Positions 18,484 through 28,723 of a stretch of 64,000 nt of DNA are shown here, piece after piece. The stretch covers positions 32,065-96,064 of IMG/VR virus record IMGVR_UViG_3300020538_000003, one strand, 5' to 3'. The position numbers and the translations under genes were made by a program. How positions within the stretch are numbered: position 1 is the stretch's first letter; the number at the start of each line of letters is the position of its first letter. The notes below the pieces were generated by a model. It searched no databases. It was not told the origin of the DNA and saw only the letters and a list, made by a program, of their open reading frames with translations. The stretch comes from a virus.

Positions 18484-19552
18484 CGGACCAATTAACCAAC
18501 TCAGTCTTGGTAATGTATCTTATAATTTTCTAAAAGAAATATGGAAAAGAAATGTAAAAACAAGTATTTTTCCAGTTGGCAACTCGGCTAATTTTGATTC
18601 TTTTGATAGAGCTAATCAAGATTTTTTAGAATGGATTAAATTTAATTCTTTTAATAGGCTAAAAACCTTTAATCATGAAACTCCAGTTTTGAAAAATTGG
18701 CATATAAATGGATCTGAATCAAGATTTTCTAAAAGACAATATTTGTATACATTTTACGAAGTAGACTCTCCAACAGAAGAGGAGATTAATATAGTTTCAA
18801 ATCAAGAACACGTATTTTTTTCATCATCAGAATCTTGCGATATTTTTAAATCTAAAGGTTGCGATAATGTATCTTATGTGCCACTCGGTTTTGATGAAGA
18901 TTTTTTTGAAACAAATAAAAGCTATCTTGATAATGGTGTGATTCATTTTGGACTAATTGGAAAACTTGAACACAGAAAGAATACGCAAAGAATAATTCAA
19001 CTTTGGTTAAAGAAGTATGGAGATAATCCAAGATATCAATTAACATGTTTAATCAATAATCCGTTTTTTAAACCAGAAGATTTTGCTCAAATTATAAATC
19101 AAACCGTTTCTAATAGAAAATGGAAAAATATTAATTTTCTTCCATTTCTTAAAACAAATTCTGAAGTTAATGAGTTAATGAATGCTATAGACATTGATTT
19201 ATCTGGTATATCCAATGGCGAAGGATGGAACTTGCCAGCATTTAACGCCACAGCATTAGGCAAATGGTCTGTTGTCTCAAATTGCTCTTCTCATAAAGAT
19301 TGGGCCACAAGAGAAAATTCTATTTTAATTGAAGCTAACAACAAACAACCTTGTTATGATAATTTCTTTTTTAGACAAGGAGCGCCATTTAATCAAGGTA
19401 ATTATTATCTTATAAAAGACGAATCAATTATCGATGGATTTGAAAGAGCTGAAAAACTTGCAAAAACAGTAAATGAAGAAGGAAAAAAACTTAAAAATAT
19501 ATTTACTTATTCAAAATCTATAGATAAAATTTTTGAAACTATAAAACAATAA
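18464..19552 (+). CDS. Glycosyltransferase, GT-B fold (GT4-like)
   Basis: YVPLGFD, IGKLEHRKN, SNGEGWNLPA..A.A.GK..V. Confidence 0.88.
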   Translation: MNNLIFDGPINQLSLGNVSYNFLKEIWKRNVKTSIFPVGNSANFDSFDRANQDFLEWIKFNSFNRLKTFNHETPVLKNWHINGSESRFSKRQYLYTFYEVDSPTEEEINIVSNQEHVFFSSSESCDIFKSKGCDNVSYVPLGFDEDFFETNKSYLDNGVIHFGLIGKLEHRKNTQRIIQLWLKKYGDNPRYQLTCLINNPFFKPEDFAQIINQTVSNRKWKNINFLPFLKTNSEVNELMNAIDIDLSGISNGEGWNLPAFNATALGKWSVVSNCSSHKDWATRENSILIEANNKQPCYDNFFFRQGAPFNQGNYYLIKDESIIDGFERAEKLAKTVNEEGKKLKNIFTYSKSIDKIFETIKQ

Positions 19553-19932
19553 TGCCTACTTATATTTACAAACATCCAAATGATGAAATTTACAAAGAAA
19601 TCGTTCAGACTATGAATGAAGCTCATGTTTATTTCGAAGATGATGTTGAATGGAAAAGAGTCTTTACTATACCTCAGGCTTCAATTGACTCTCATGTGGA
19701 CCCATTTTCATCAAAAGAGTTTGTCGAAAAAACTGGTAAAATGAAAGGCACATATGGCGATCTAATCGACTACTCTTCAGAAATGTCAAATAAAAGAGAG
19801 GAAAAATGTGGCACAGAAGATCCGATAAAAAGAAAATATTTTAACGAATATAAAAAGAAAAATAAAGTAAAACACGTGCAAGATAAACCAAAAATTATTG
19901 AAAATAATAATTTTCGAATAGATTTACCTTAA
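19552..19932 (+). CDS. FmdB-like small protein lacking the Zn cysteines
   Basis: MPTYIY...E..Q.M...H...WKRVF resembles the FmdB N-terminus. Confidence 0.55.
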   Translation: MPTYIYKHPNDEIYKEIVQTMNEAHVYFEDDVEWKRVFTIPQASIDSHVDPFSSKEFVEKTGKMKGTYGDLIDYSSEMSNKREEKCGTEDPIKRKYFNEYKKKNKVKHVQDKPKIIENNNFRIDLP

Positions 19933-19944
19933 TACATATTTTAT

Positions 19945-22900
19945 TTATACGTATGGACCTTTATAATTAACTGGAAGTGGAGTTTGATTTCTTTTAATTC
20001 CAGTTTTATTTTCATAACCTGTTGGAAATGATGTTAATATTCCAGACATAAACTCACCTCTTTGCTTATCGTTTTTGAAAGTATCTCTTCCTTCATGATA
20101 ACGGATTGGTTGACCATTTGGGAAATATCCATTATATCCACCGTACAGATGAGCTGAATGCCAATTAACACCTTTTTTTAATGGAAGGTTACTTATTTTG
20201 CTTTTATTTAGATAACCTAAAAAATTCTTTTCGGGAATGGTAAGTTGTGCATATGCTAAATTATCTGCAATAAGATTATTATTCGGATAAATAAATGACA
20301 AGCCTGAAAAATTTGAAGTTGGTTCGACACTAGAATTAATGACTACAAATCCCGTCCCTATATTAAGATCACGCTGATTAATCTCTATTTTACTTGGAAT
20401 ATACCTTCTTTCTAGTTTAAATCTGTTGCCGCTAATTTCATGTGGATAATAATCAACCCAATCAAAAATATTATTATCTGATATAGGCTCCGTAATATAT
20501 ATTTTATGTCCAGAATTTAATGCATTTGCAATTCCAGTTCCGTTTATTCCAGTTTCAGCAACACTATATGTAAATTCTTTTGTTTCTATATCATAAGAAA
20601 GAAGTCCACTTATAAAACCAGTACATTTATATGAAATAAAATCATACTCTTCAATTAATGAAGCATCAACAAGATTAATAATATTATTAATCGGAGGATT
20701 AGCATTTATTCTAGCAACAAGTGGATGTGCAAATGTTGTTATCCACCATGGACCTTCTTTCCAAAAAGCAGCCCCTGTTCTTTTGCTAAGAAAAATTCGT
20801 TCTGCACCAGTAAAAGGATGTGTAATCAAAGATTCAGAATATGGATTATTGCCACCTGTTCCAGTATTGCCCCAATCCCATCCATTTTGGTCCGAAATAG
20901 GGTAACTTTTGCCCCCAGAGAAGAATAAGTATGCTCCAGTTTGACCTGTGTTAGGAGTAAATTTAATTGGCCATGAACCCAAACAATCTTTTTTGTATTT
21001 ATATGGTATTATGTTAGTGAATTGTATTTCAAATTCTCCCATACCTGGACACGAATAAGCATTTCGAGTAAATGGCCCATCAAAAGCCATGACATTATTA
21101 ACGCTACTATCATCCGTAGTAAAATACATCTCTGGAATTATGTTACAAAATTTTAATTGTGATGCATTTCTCATCCATTGATTTTCTAAATTCGCAGTTC
21201 CAACATTCCAAGTAAAATCAAAATCTAAAGGTAGTTGTTTTAGTATTCGACCTTCTTTACTATCAAAATAAACCATACGAACGTTATTAAAACAACCAAC
21301 AAATTTACCCCTTGGCTTCTTTTCTTCAAAAATATTAACATCTCTGTTTAGGTCTCTTTCTATAATAACATCAAATTCTGAAGGATCGTCTTGATAAACA
21401 GCGCATGAAGAATCAGCACTGGGAAAATTTTCATTTACATAACTAAGATTTGTATCTGCTATATTTATAGAACCATAACCTTGTGCAAAATGGTTATCTT
21501 TTAAATACAAATTACATGCATTAAAATTATCTGTGATCTTTAGATGCTCAGGAGCGTAAATATGACGCATCCAATCTTGCGGTTGAGTTGATATTTTTCT
21601 TTGAAATTCATCTACCCATGGAAAATCAGCAAATTCTTCAAAAGAATAATCTCTACATCTAGAAGATGGTGGATCATATCCCAGGATTTGCCAATCATAA
21701 GGACAATATTCTTTTATTTTATGCAAATGAATTCTTAGTATTTCTATTGTAACCAATGTTCCCTTCGCGGAAATCTGAGTTTTGTCTATTGGAAGAATTA
21801 ACTCCCAATATGACTCCATTTCACCATATTCATTTGTGATACATTGAGCGTCAGTAAATAGTTTTTTAATTGGAACTGTTGTTATTGGAGTAATAAATTT
21901 TGGAACTCCATTATAACTAGGTCTTATGGATGCAGAATACTCTAATTGAGGTATGCTAGTACTTATTTTTAACACAACCTTTAAATAATCCGTGTCATTT
22001 GATACCATAAAATTAATAGATGGATATCTATTTGGATCAACATGAATATTTACTCCTGGAGTCCAGTAAAATGATCCATATTTATCTACTCCATGAAGTC
22101 CTACAATTTTACTTATTTTGCCGAAATTTTCATTATCATAAGAGCCAGAAAAATTATTAAGACTGTAATATAATTCATTTAAAAGATTAAAATTCTCTTT
22201 AGATCTTGAATCATCACCTAGTATAAATGAATCTTCAACGAAATCAGAAGAAATGTTAAATGTGCCATAATACAACTGTATTCTTTCTCTAAAGTTATTA
22301 GAAGAAATATCTTTATTTACAAATGAATCAAATACTACTTTAGAATCATTCTCATAAGAATTTGGAAAAAATAAAAATGGCATGTCAATTCCATTTGGAC
22401 TAAAATAAAATTGATCTGGTGTATAAGGAATGTAACCATTGTTGCTATAATAGCCACTCCATCCACTTATAGACATTCCAATTGTTCCAGTTTGACTTGG
22501 AAAAAATCCAGTAGTGGGCGCATTAAAATTCTCAACATATTTTCCGTTATCAAATTCATAAAGTGTTTTGCTGGTAAAGTCAAGACTAAAAGTGCGCCAA
22601 AAGGCATCTCTCATCATGTCTTCATTGATATAAAAATCTGTATATATGCCTGTATAATCAGGTAATGTTCTCCCAGTAATATACGATTTATCATACACTG
22701 CTTTAATTTTAATTTCTTGAAACCACCGATCTGGTTGTCCATAACCTAGAGAAGCATAACCGCTATTCATATCTAGTCCTTTTATAATATAGTCTCCAGT
22801 TTCATTGAAAACAATATCAAAACCTGACCATGTTGATTGTGGAACAACAAAACGATTAATATTCTTGAATTGGTTGTTGCCAGAATTTTTGTAAACTTCT

Positions 22901-23643
22901 ATCCAAAGCCCACTTTCTCTAGGAATAACATATGGTTCAACACATTGAACTTCGTCATAGCGTCTATAGTTAAAACTAACTTCACCACTCCATGAATTTC
23001 CTGATAAATTATTTGTATAATTTCCTGTTGTTTGTAAAAAAACAAGTGATTTGCCAAATTTATTATATTTATCAGCTCTTTCAATTTTAATTATTGATCT
23101 ATCTAAACCAATGCTGGAAGCATAATATTTATCAGAAAGTCCATATTGAAATCCAGGTTCCCATCCACCAACATTATATTCCCAGAATCCATCATTATCC
23201 CACATTGCCGCAAATTTTTCTCTATACCAAAGAGTAACATATCCCATCAAATTTATTGGCTCCCAAGGAAAAACAGTATCATTAAGATCAACTGTTGGCC
23301 TCCAATATGGTTTTGGACCATTAAAAAATACACAATTTATTTTTTTACAATTATTAAACTCTCTATTTAAACCTGTAACATCTTTACCTATAAAAACATT
23401 TCGTGTCGAGATTGGAAAAAAACCACTAGAGATACTGCCATTTACTCCATCTGAAATTACAACTTCTGTAATTGTTTGTGGTAAAGCTGTGTTTTGAAGT
23501 TCGTAACTAGTAACATGATAGCCGTCTACGCTTGGAGGTAAAGTTATTCCCTGTACCGACATCGAACCTCTATAATTAATTATTTTAGCATAATCATTGC
23601 TTAAAATATTATATTCCCATTTATTTCCCGAATCTATTGGCAT
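19945..23643 (-). CDS. Large virion protein, probable tail fibre/receptor-binding protein with a BspA-LRR-like N-terminal cap
   Basis: 1232 aa, aromatic- and [ST]G-rich, downstream of the tail fibre gene. N-terminal AKIINYRG..ITLP.SVDGY.VT and VFF.G..P. Confidence 0.55.
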   Translation of the reverse strand: MPIDSGNKWEYNILSNDYAKIINYRGSMSVQGITLPPSVDGYHVTSYELQNTALPQTITEVVISDGVNGSISSGFFPISTRNVFIGKDVTGLNREFNNCKKINCVFFNGPKPYWRPTVDLNDTVFPWEPINLMGYVTLWYREKFAAMWDNDGFWEYNVGGWEPGFQYGLSDKYYASSIGLDRSIIKIERADKYNKFGKSLVFLQTTGNYTNNLSGNSWSGEVSFNYRRYDEVQCVEPYVIPRESGLWIEVYKNSGNNQFKNINRFVVPQSTWSGFDIVFNETGDYIIKGLDMNSGYASLGYGQPDRWFQEIKIKAVYDKSYITGRTLPDYTGIYTDFYINEDMMRDAFWRTFSLDFTSKTLYEFDNGKYVENFNAPTTGFFPSQTGTIGMSISGWSGYYSNNGYIPYTPDQFYFSPNGIDMPFLFFPNSYENDSKVVFDSFVNKDISSNNFRERIQLYYGTFNISSDFVEDSFILGDDSRSKENFNLLNELYYSLNNFSGSYDNENFGKISKIVGLHGVDKYGSFYWTPGVNIHVDPNRYPSINFMVSNDTDYLKVVLKISTSIPQLEYSASIRPSYNGVPKFITPITTVPIKKLFTDAQCITNEYGEMESYWELILPIDKTQISAKGTLVTIEILRIHLHKIKEYCPYDWQILGYDPPSSRCRDYSFEEFADFPWVDEFQRKISTQPQDWMRHIYAPEHLKITDNFNACNLYLKDNHFAQGYGSINIADTNLSYVNENFPSADSSCAVYQDDPSEFDVIIERDLNRDVNIFEEKKPRGKFVGCFNNVRMVYFDSKEGRILKQLPLDFDFTWNVGTANLENQWMRNASQLKFCNIIPEMYFTTDDSSVNNVMAFDGPFTRNAYSCPGMGEFEIQFTNIIPYKYKKDCLGSWPIKFTPNTGQTGAYLFFSGGKSYPISDQNGWDWGNTGTGGNNPYSESLITHPFTGAERIFLSKRTGAAFWKEGPWWITTFAHPLVARINANPPINNIINLVDASLIEEYDFISYKCTGFISGLLSYDIETKEFTYSVAETGINGTGIANALNSGHKIYITEPISDNNIFDWVDYYPHEISGNRFKLERRYIPSKIEINQRDLNIGTGFVVINSSVEPTSNFSGLSFIYPNNNLIADNLAYAQLTIPEKNFLGYLNKSKISNLPLKKGVNWHSAHLYGGYNGYFPNGQPIRYHEGRDTFKNDKQRGEFMSGILTSFPTGYENKTGIKRNQTPLPVNYKGPYV

Positions 23644-23648
23644 AAAAA

Positions 23649-26396
23649 TTATCTACATAAAAATATTTTTGTCTGCAAAGCTCCATATTCATCAACAAAA
23701 GAAAATGATTGTTCAGAATAAAAAACCCCTGTTGAAACAATAAGAAATTGACCACTTACATTTACTGTTGGAATTTTATCAAAATTCTTTTGTCCGCTAA
23801 TTATCTGATTGCCATTTGTCATTACAAAATCAGCATTTCCACTAACATCAGGAATTCGATAAACTCTATTTGCCGCAATTGGATTCTCAAAATTTACTGA
23901 TATAGAATTTGATGAAATATTACTTTTAAATATAAGTCCAGTTAAATTTGAATTTATTATTTGAAGTTGTTGGTTAAATATTTTTGATCCACTAATTAAT
24001 TGATCTCCAGATGTCATTACAAAACTAGCATTGCCACCAATATCAGGAATTGTATAAACTCTATTGCCACTAATTAAAGGTGCTGAAATATTAATTGCGC
24101 TTCCAGATTGACCTGTTCTAAAAGATAACTGGTTTCCAGTTGATTGAAATATACCTGTTGCTTGAAATATAGTTGGACTTAAAAAATTCTTAATTCCACT
24201 AATTGACTGATCTCCTTGAGTCATTACAAAATTAGCATCTACGCTAACATCGGGGATTCCATAAACCCTATTTCCACTAATTAAAGGTGCTGAAATATCA
24301 ATTTTATTTCCAGCATCACCAGTTCTAAAGGTTAATTGATTCCCTGTTGCTTGAAATATAGCCCCACTTAAAAAAGTTTTGCTTCCACTTATATTTTGAC
24401 TCCCAGTGACGATAACAGCATTACTTATACTACTTCCCCCTTCTCCTGAAAGCAAAACCCCAGTTCCATTTACAAATGGTCGCGTTGTAAAAGTTTTTAT
24501 TCCACCAATCGCCTGATCGCCAGTTGTCATTACAAAACTACCATCTCCGTTAACATCGGGAATTGTATAAATTCTACTACCACTAATTAATGGTGCTGAA
24601 ATATTAATGAAACTCCCAGCATCACCAGTTCTAAAAGTTAATTGATTTTGCGTTCTTTGAAATACAGCTCCACTTAAAAAAGTTTTACTTCCACTTATAT
24701 TTTGACTTCCAGAAGTATAAATTACATCGCCAATTATTAAACTTCTTTCGAAAGTTCCAGTATTTGTTACAAGACCATTATCCCATGAAATTATTGATTC
24801 ATTATTTAATTTAAATAAACCGCTTTTACCATTACCAAACCCAGTTATATTTCCACTTAAAGCTGCTTCAAAATTTCCTTCAGTAGTAATTAAACCATTT
24901 CTCCATTCAACGTATTGTAAACTACCAAGTGAAGTTGGTATAGATAAACTGCCATTTGTACCAAATTCTGGGAAACTTGTAATTTGATTATCTCCCTCTA
25001 ATGTAGAACTCAATACGCCATTATCCCATGAAATTATATTATCAATGGTTTCAGAACCACCAAGATCAATTTGTCTTTTTTGCAAAGACCCTATATTACT
25101 ATTATTAAATTGATCCCACGCACCATTATTACCAATAAATTTAACCCACTTGCCATTATTGTGTAAAAATAAATTATTATCTAAAAATTCAATTTGACCT
25201 TTTGCGCCATCATCTTCGCTATTGAGTGGATGATCATTAGTTCCATTAATAGCGTCTCCATTTTTAATAAAAAGTCTGTCTAAAAAAATAGTTTCATTTG
25301 CAAAACTTTTTTTTCCATTTATAGTCTGATCTCCTGTTAATGTGACTATATCTGTATAATCAATAATGCCAGTACCGCCACCGCCACCGCCACCTAAATC
25401 TAATCCATTTACTTCTCCCCAAAAATTAACTGGCCCATAAAAATCTGTAACTGAATCTTCTTGTAAAGAAAGATAGCCTCCATTTATCGACAAGGCTCCT
25501 CCAGTCATATTTAACGCAAGTCCGCTATTAATATTAATACCTTGATTATCAAAAATAATACGATCATTGCCAATATTAAGACTAGCGGAATTAAGACTAC
25601 CCAGTGTATTAACTACGCCAGAGAAATTGGAAGTAGAATTTGAATGCGTGGAAAATTGTCTTGCGCTTTTGATTGTTAAATTTGTATTTAAATCTAAAGC
25701 GCCAGCTATGTCCAAATTACCAGAAAAAATACCAGAAGCGCCAGTTGCTAGATATAAATTTTTATTATTTTTTATTGTTAAGCTTGAATTTAAGTCTAAA
25801 TCACCAAAAAAACCAACATGGCCAGAAAAAATACCAGAAGAATTTTCTCCCAAGTAAAGTATTGTTTCGTCTATTAGCAAATCATTATTTACTACAATAT
25901 CTCCATTAATATCTATTCCGTTTTCAAAATTTATATATAATTTATTAGAAGTATCTGCAATGATTGTATCATTTGTTATATCTGAAATTATTACAGAGCC
26001 ACTTATATTTTCATTTATAATAGAGTTTTTACCAGCTAACACTGTACAAAATCTAGAACCTTTTTCAAAAATAGATCCATCACAGTTTAAATCTAAATTT
26101 TGAAAACCAGAAACGTTAGAGTTTATAGAATTAATGATTGCATTGCCAGTGCCAATGATTCTATTATTTTGACCGCCCAAAATAACATTTCTAACATCTC
26201 CAAATATATTAGAGGAGTCTGTTGTATAAACTTTAGAGCCATTTAAAGTTAAACCACCAGTAATACTAAAATTTCCAGCTAAACTCCTATTTAAGTTTCC
26301 ATGAACATAATTTGTACCTTGTTGGAAGAAAATATCTCCACTAGGACTTGAAAAAGTATGAATTTCAATTTGTTCTGGTTGAATTTTGTTGTACAT
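23649..26396 (-). CDS. Tail fibre protein with internal repeats
   Basis: Beta-helix-like GGQNNRI/SG repeats, a poly-Gly hinge, and repeated V.TTGDQ.ISG.KTF modules. Confidence 0.8.
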   Translation of the reverse strand: MYNKIQPEQIEIHTFSSPSGDIFFQQGTNYVHGNLNRSLAGNFSITGGLTLNGSKVYTTDSSNIFGDVRNVILGGQNNRIIGTGNAIINSINSNVSGFQNLDLNCDGSIFEKGSRFCTVLAGKNSIINENISGSVIISDITNDTIIADTSNKLYINFENGIDINGDIVVNNDLLIDETILYLGENSSGIFSGHVGFFGDLDLNSSLTIKNNKNLYLATGASGIFSGNLDIAGALDLNTNLTIKSARQFSTHSNSTSNFSGVVNTLGSLNSASLNIGNDRIIFDNQGININSGLALNMTGGALSINGGYLSLQEDSVTDFYGPVNFWGEVNGLDLGGGGGGGTGIIDYTDIVTLTGDQTINGKKSFANETIFLDRLFIKNGDAINGTNDHPLNSEDDGAKGQIEFLDNNLFLHNNGKWVKFIGNNGAWDQFNNSNIGSLQKRQIDLGGSETIDNIISWDNGVLSSTLEGDNQITSFPEFGTNGSLSIPTSLGSLQYVEWRNGLITTEGNFEAALSGNITGFGNGKSGLFKLNNESIISWDNGLVTNTGTFERSLIIGDVIYTSGSQNISGSKTFLSGAVFQRTQNQLTFRTGDAGSFINISAPLISGSRIYTIPDVNGDGSFVMTTGDQAIGGIKTFTTRPFVNGTGVLLSGEGGSSISNAVIVTGSQNISGSKTFLSGAIFQATGNQLTFRTGDAGNKIDISAPLISGNRVYGIPDVSVDANFVMTQGDQSISGIKNFLSPTIFQATGIFQSTGNQLSFRTGQSGSAINISAPLISGNRVYTIPDIGGNASFVMTSGDQLISGSKIFNQQLQIINSNLTGLIFKSNISSNSISVNFENPIAANRVYRIPDVSGNADFVMTNGNQIISGQKNFDKIPTVNVSGQFLIVSTGVFYSEQSFSFVDEYGALQTKIFLCR
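23785..24725 (-). repeat. About four imperfect tandem repeats in the tail fibre C-terminus
   Basis: NQLTFRTG..G..I.ISAPLISG.R.Y.IPDV...A.FVMT.GDQ.ISG.K repeated; near-identical DNA at 24356-24407 and 24661-24712. Confidence 0.85.
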
Positions 26397-26422
26397 TCTT
26401 TACTATAAGTTATCAATAAAAA

Positions 26423-26428
26423 TTACAC
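26423..26428 (-). promoter_or_regulatory. GTGTAA motif upstream of the tail fibre gene
   Basis: Recurrent motif. Confidence 0.55.
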
Positions 26429-26436
26429 CATTTCAA

Positions 26437-27021
26437 ATGAAATATACTTTATATAAACCTAATTCAAAAAATACTGGTTCAGCTTTTAGTTTCGAGATTG
26501 GGACTTCAAAGAATGGAGAGACCGCACTTTATGTATCAATGATCCAACAACATAGTTGGAACGATGTAACAAAAAATGGATCTTTTAAAGAAAATTCTAA
26601 AAATCCAGAAAAATCAGCCTCAATTAAAATTTCCGTAACAGAAGCTGGAGAATTTCTTTCTTCTTTTAAAACCAGAATACCTTACACGGCTTTTCATAAA
26701 ACAAAAGAGGATAGCACAATAATTAAATTAAATCCATGGGACAAAGTTAGAAAAATCAAAGAAATGGATGGAGAAAAATCTTATAATTCGCCAGCATTTG
26801 GTTTTTCTGTTTCTAGAAATTCAAATCAAAATTTTAAACTTCCGCTTGAAGCTGGAGAGGTTGAAGTATTAGCGCAGCTTTTAATTGAATACATCAAAAC
26901 ATCTTTTACCTTTTCAAGAAAGCAGGAAAATAATAATCAAAACACATATCAACAAAACAAACAATACCCATCAAAGCCAAAATCCGAACAAGTTGAATTA
27001 GAGGACGATGCCCCATTCTAA
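26437..27021 (+). CDS. Probable ssDNA-binding protein (PC4/Whirly-like)
   Basis: Start trimmed to MKYTLYK. Two beta-beta-beta-helix halves (I...EAGEFL / L...EVEVL), a Q/N-rich linker, and an SSB-type acidic tail EDDAPF. Confidence 0.6.
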   Translation: MKYTLYKPNSKNTGSAFSFEIGTSKNGETALYVSMIQQHSWNDVTKNGSFKENSKNPEKSASIKISVTEAGEFLSSFKTRIPYTAFHKTKEDSTIIKLNPWDKVRKIKEMDGEKSYNSPAFGFSVSRNSNQNFKLPLEAGEVEVLAQLLIEYIKTSFTFSRKQENNNQNTYQQNKQYPSKPKSEQVELEDDAPF

Positions 27022-28723
27022 AATTAAAATTCTTTTTCATTCTAATTATAGTAGAATGGTAACTGGATTTGGCAAAAATATGCGAAATCTATTACTTGCG
27101 CTACATAATGATCCAGATATAGAAGTTATTGAAGCCGCTAATGGTGTTCCATATGGGGCTGATGTTAAAACTCCATGGAAATGCTATGGAACAGCTCCTT
27201 CTGATCCTAATTTAATGAATGAAATAGGAAATGATGGAATGAAGCAAAGAATGGCTTCATATGGTTATTATTGTATTGATAAAATTATTGAAGAATGTAA
27301 GCCAGACATATATTTGGGTATTGAAGATATTTGGGCATTCAAAGATTTTGAGAAAAAACCATGGTGGAATACTTTGCGCACAATAATTTGGACTACACTT
27401 GATAGTGTTCCAATTTTACCAGACGCATTTCATATTGCGCCTAAATGTGATGAATTTATTGTATGGGCATCTTTTGCAGAACAGGAAATGAAAAAAAATG
27501 GTTTTCAAAATGTCAAAACTATTCATGGAGCTATTGATTATTCAGATTTTAAACCTCTTGCAGAAAGAGATCAAATTAGGTCAAAGTTCAATATAAACGA
27601 AGATTTTGTAATTGGCTTTGTTTTTAAAAATCAATTAAGAAAATCTGTTCCAAATCTTTTAGATGGATTTAGACTATTTAAAGAAAAGAATCCAAAGTTA
27701 AAAACCAAATTACTTCTTCATACAGATTGGTCTGAAGTTAATCATGGATGGGATATTCCAAGATATATTAAAGAAAAAAACATAAATGAAGATGATGTTT
27801 TAGCTTCTTACATATGTCATCAATGTGGAGAATTCTTTTTGCACAAATACATTGGAGAAAAGAAAGATTGCCCTTCTTGTGGAGCTAAGGAAAGAGTTCA
27901 TACAAAAAACAGTGGACTTGGGGTTTCCGAAGATCAATTGAATCAAATATATTCTTGCATGGATGTTTATTGTCATCCATTTACAAGTGGTGGTCAAGAA
28001 CTTCCAATTCAAGAAGCAAAAGCTGCTGGATTAATTACATTGGTTACAGAGTATTCATGCGGAACAGATTCTTGTTATCCTCATCAAGGTGGACTGCCTT
28101 TAAAGTGGAATGAATACAGGGAACCCCATACTCAATTCATTAAAGCAACAACCTGTCCACAAGATATTTGTGAAAAACTTGATAAAGTACTTAAAATGAG
28201 TTTTGATGAAAAACAATCTTTAATTCAAAATGGCAAGAAAACAGTTAGTGAAAAATTTTCTGTACAAAAAATTACAAATGATTTAAAAAACTTATTTATT
28301 GAATTAAAACAAAAGCAGAAGCCTTTTGCAGAAAATATAGAAAAAAATAACGATCAAAAACCAATAACATTAGAAGATCTTTTAGATAAAGATGACGCTG
28401 GAAAAAGAATTGCTGTCGTTATGCCAGAATCTGCTGGTGATGTATTGATGATAAATTCTTTATTAGATAATTTAAAATTAACATATCCAGACTACAATAT
28501 ATATGTAATAACAAAGCCGTCATATTATGATATGATAGAAGATAATGAAAATGTACATAAATTAATACCGTATCAAAATGGAATAGATAACTTATTATTT
28601 TTAGAAGGTCAAGGTCATCATCAAGGTTATTTTGAAATAGCATTTTTACCAAATATTGGCACTCAAAAATATTTGAACTACTTGCACAACGGAAAAGATA
28701 AAATACAATTTAATATAAAATGA
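27008..28723 (+). CDS. GT4-like glycosyltransferase with an internal Zn ribbon and a C-terminal GT9-like domain
   Basis: TGFG, KNQLRK, CHQC...CPSC, GGQELPIQEAKAAG; C-terminal MPESAGDVL...LK..YPD. Confidence 0.85.
   Translation: MPHSKIKILFHSNYSRMVTGFGKNMRNLLLALHNDPDIEVIEAANGVPYGADVKTPWKCYGTAPSDPNLMNEIGNDGMKQRMASYGYYCIDKIIEECKPDIYLGIEDIWAFKDFEKKPWWNTLRTIIWTTLDSVPILPDAFHIAPKCDEFIVWASFAEQEMKKNGFQNVKTIHGAIDYSDFKPLAERDQIRSKFNINEDFVIGFVFKNQLRKSVPNLLDGFRLFKEKNPKLKTKLLLHTDWSEVNHGWDIPRYIKEKNINEDDVLASYICHQCGEFFLHKYIGEKKDCPSCGAKERVHTKNSGLGVSEDQLNQIYSCMDVYCHPFTSGGQELPIQEAKAAGLITLVTEYSCGTDSCYPHQGGLPLKWNEYREPHTQFIKATTCPQDICEKLDKVLKMSFDEKQSLIQNGKKTVSEKFSVQKITNDLKNLFIELKQKQKPFAENIEKNNDQKPITLEDLLDKDDAGKRIAVVMPESAGDVLMINSLLDNLKLTYPDYNIYVITKPSYYDMIEDNENVHKLIPYQNGIDNLLFLEGQGHHQGYFEIAFLPNIGTQKYLNYLHNGKDKIQFNIK

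Noticed and set aside
23785-24725. Diversity-generating retroelement TR/VR pair in the tail fibre repeats
   Set aside because: No reverse transcriptase is in the window, the repeats are all in-frame and coding, and the differences are not adenine-specific.
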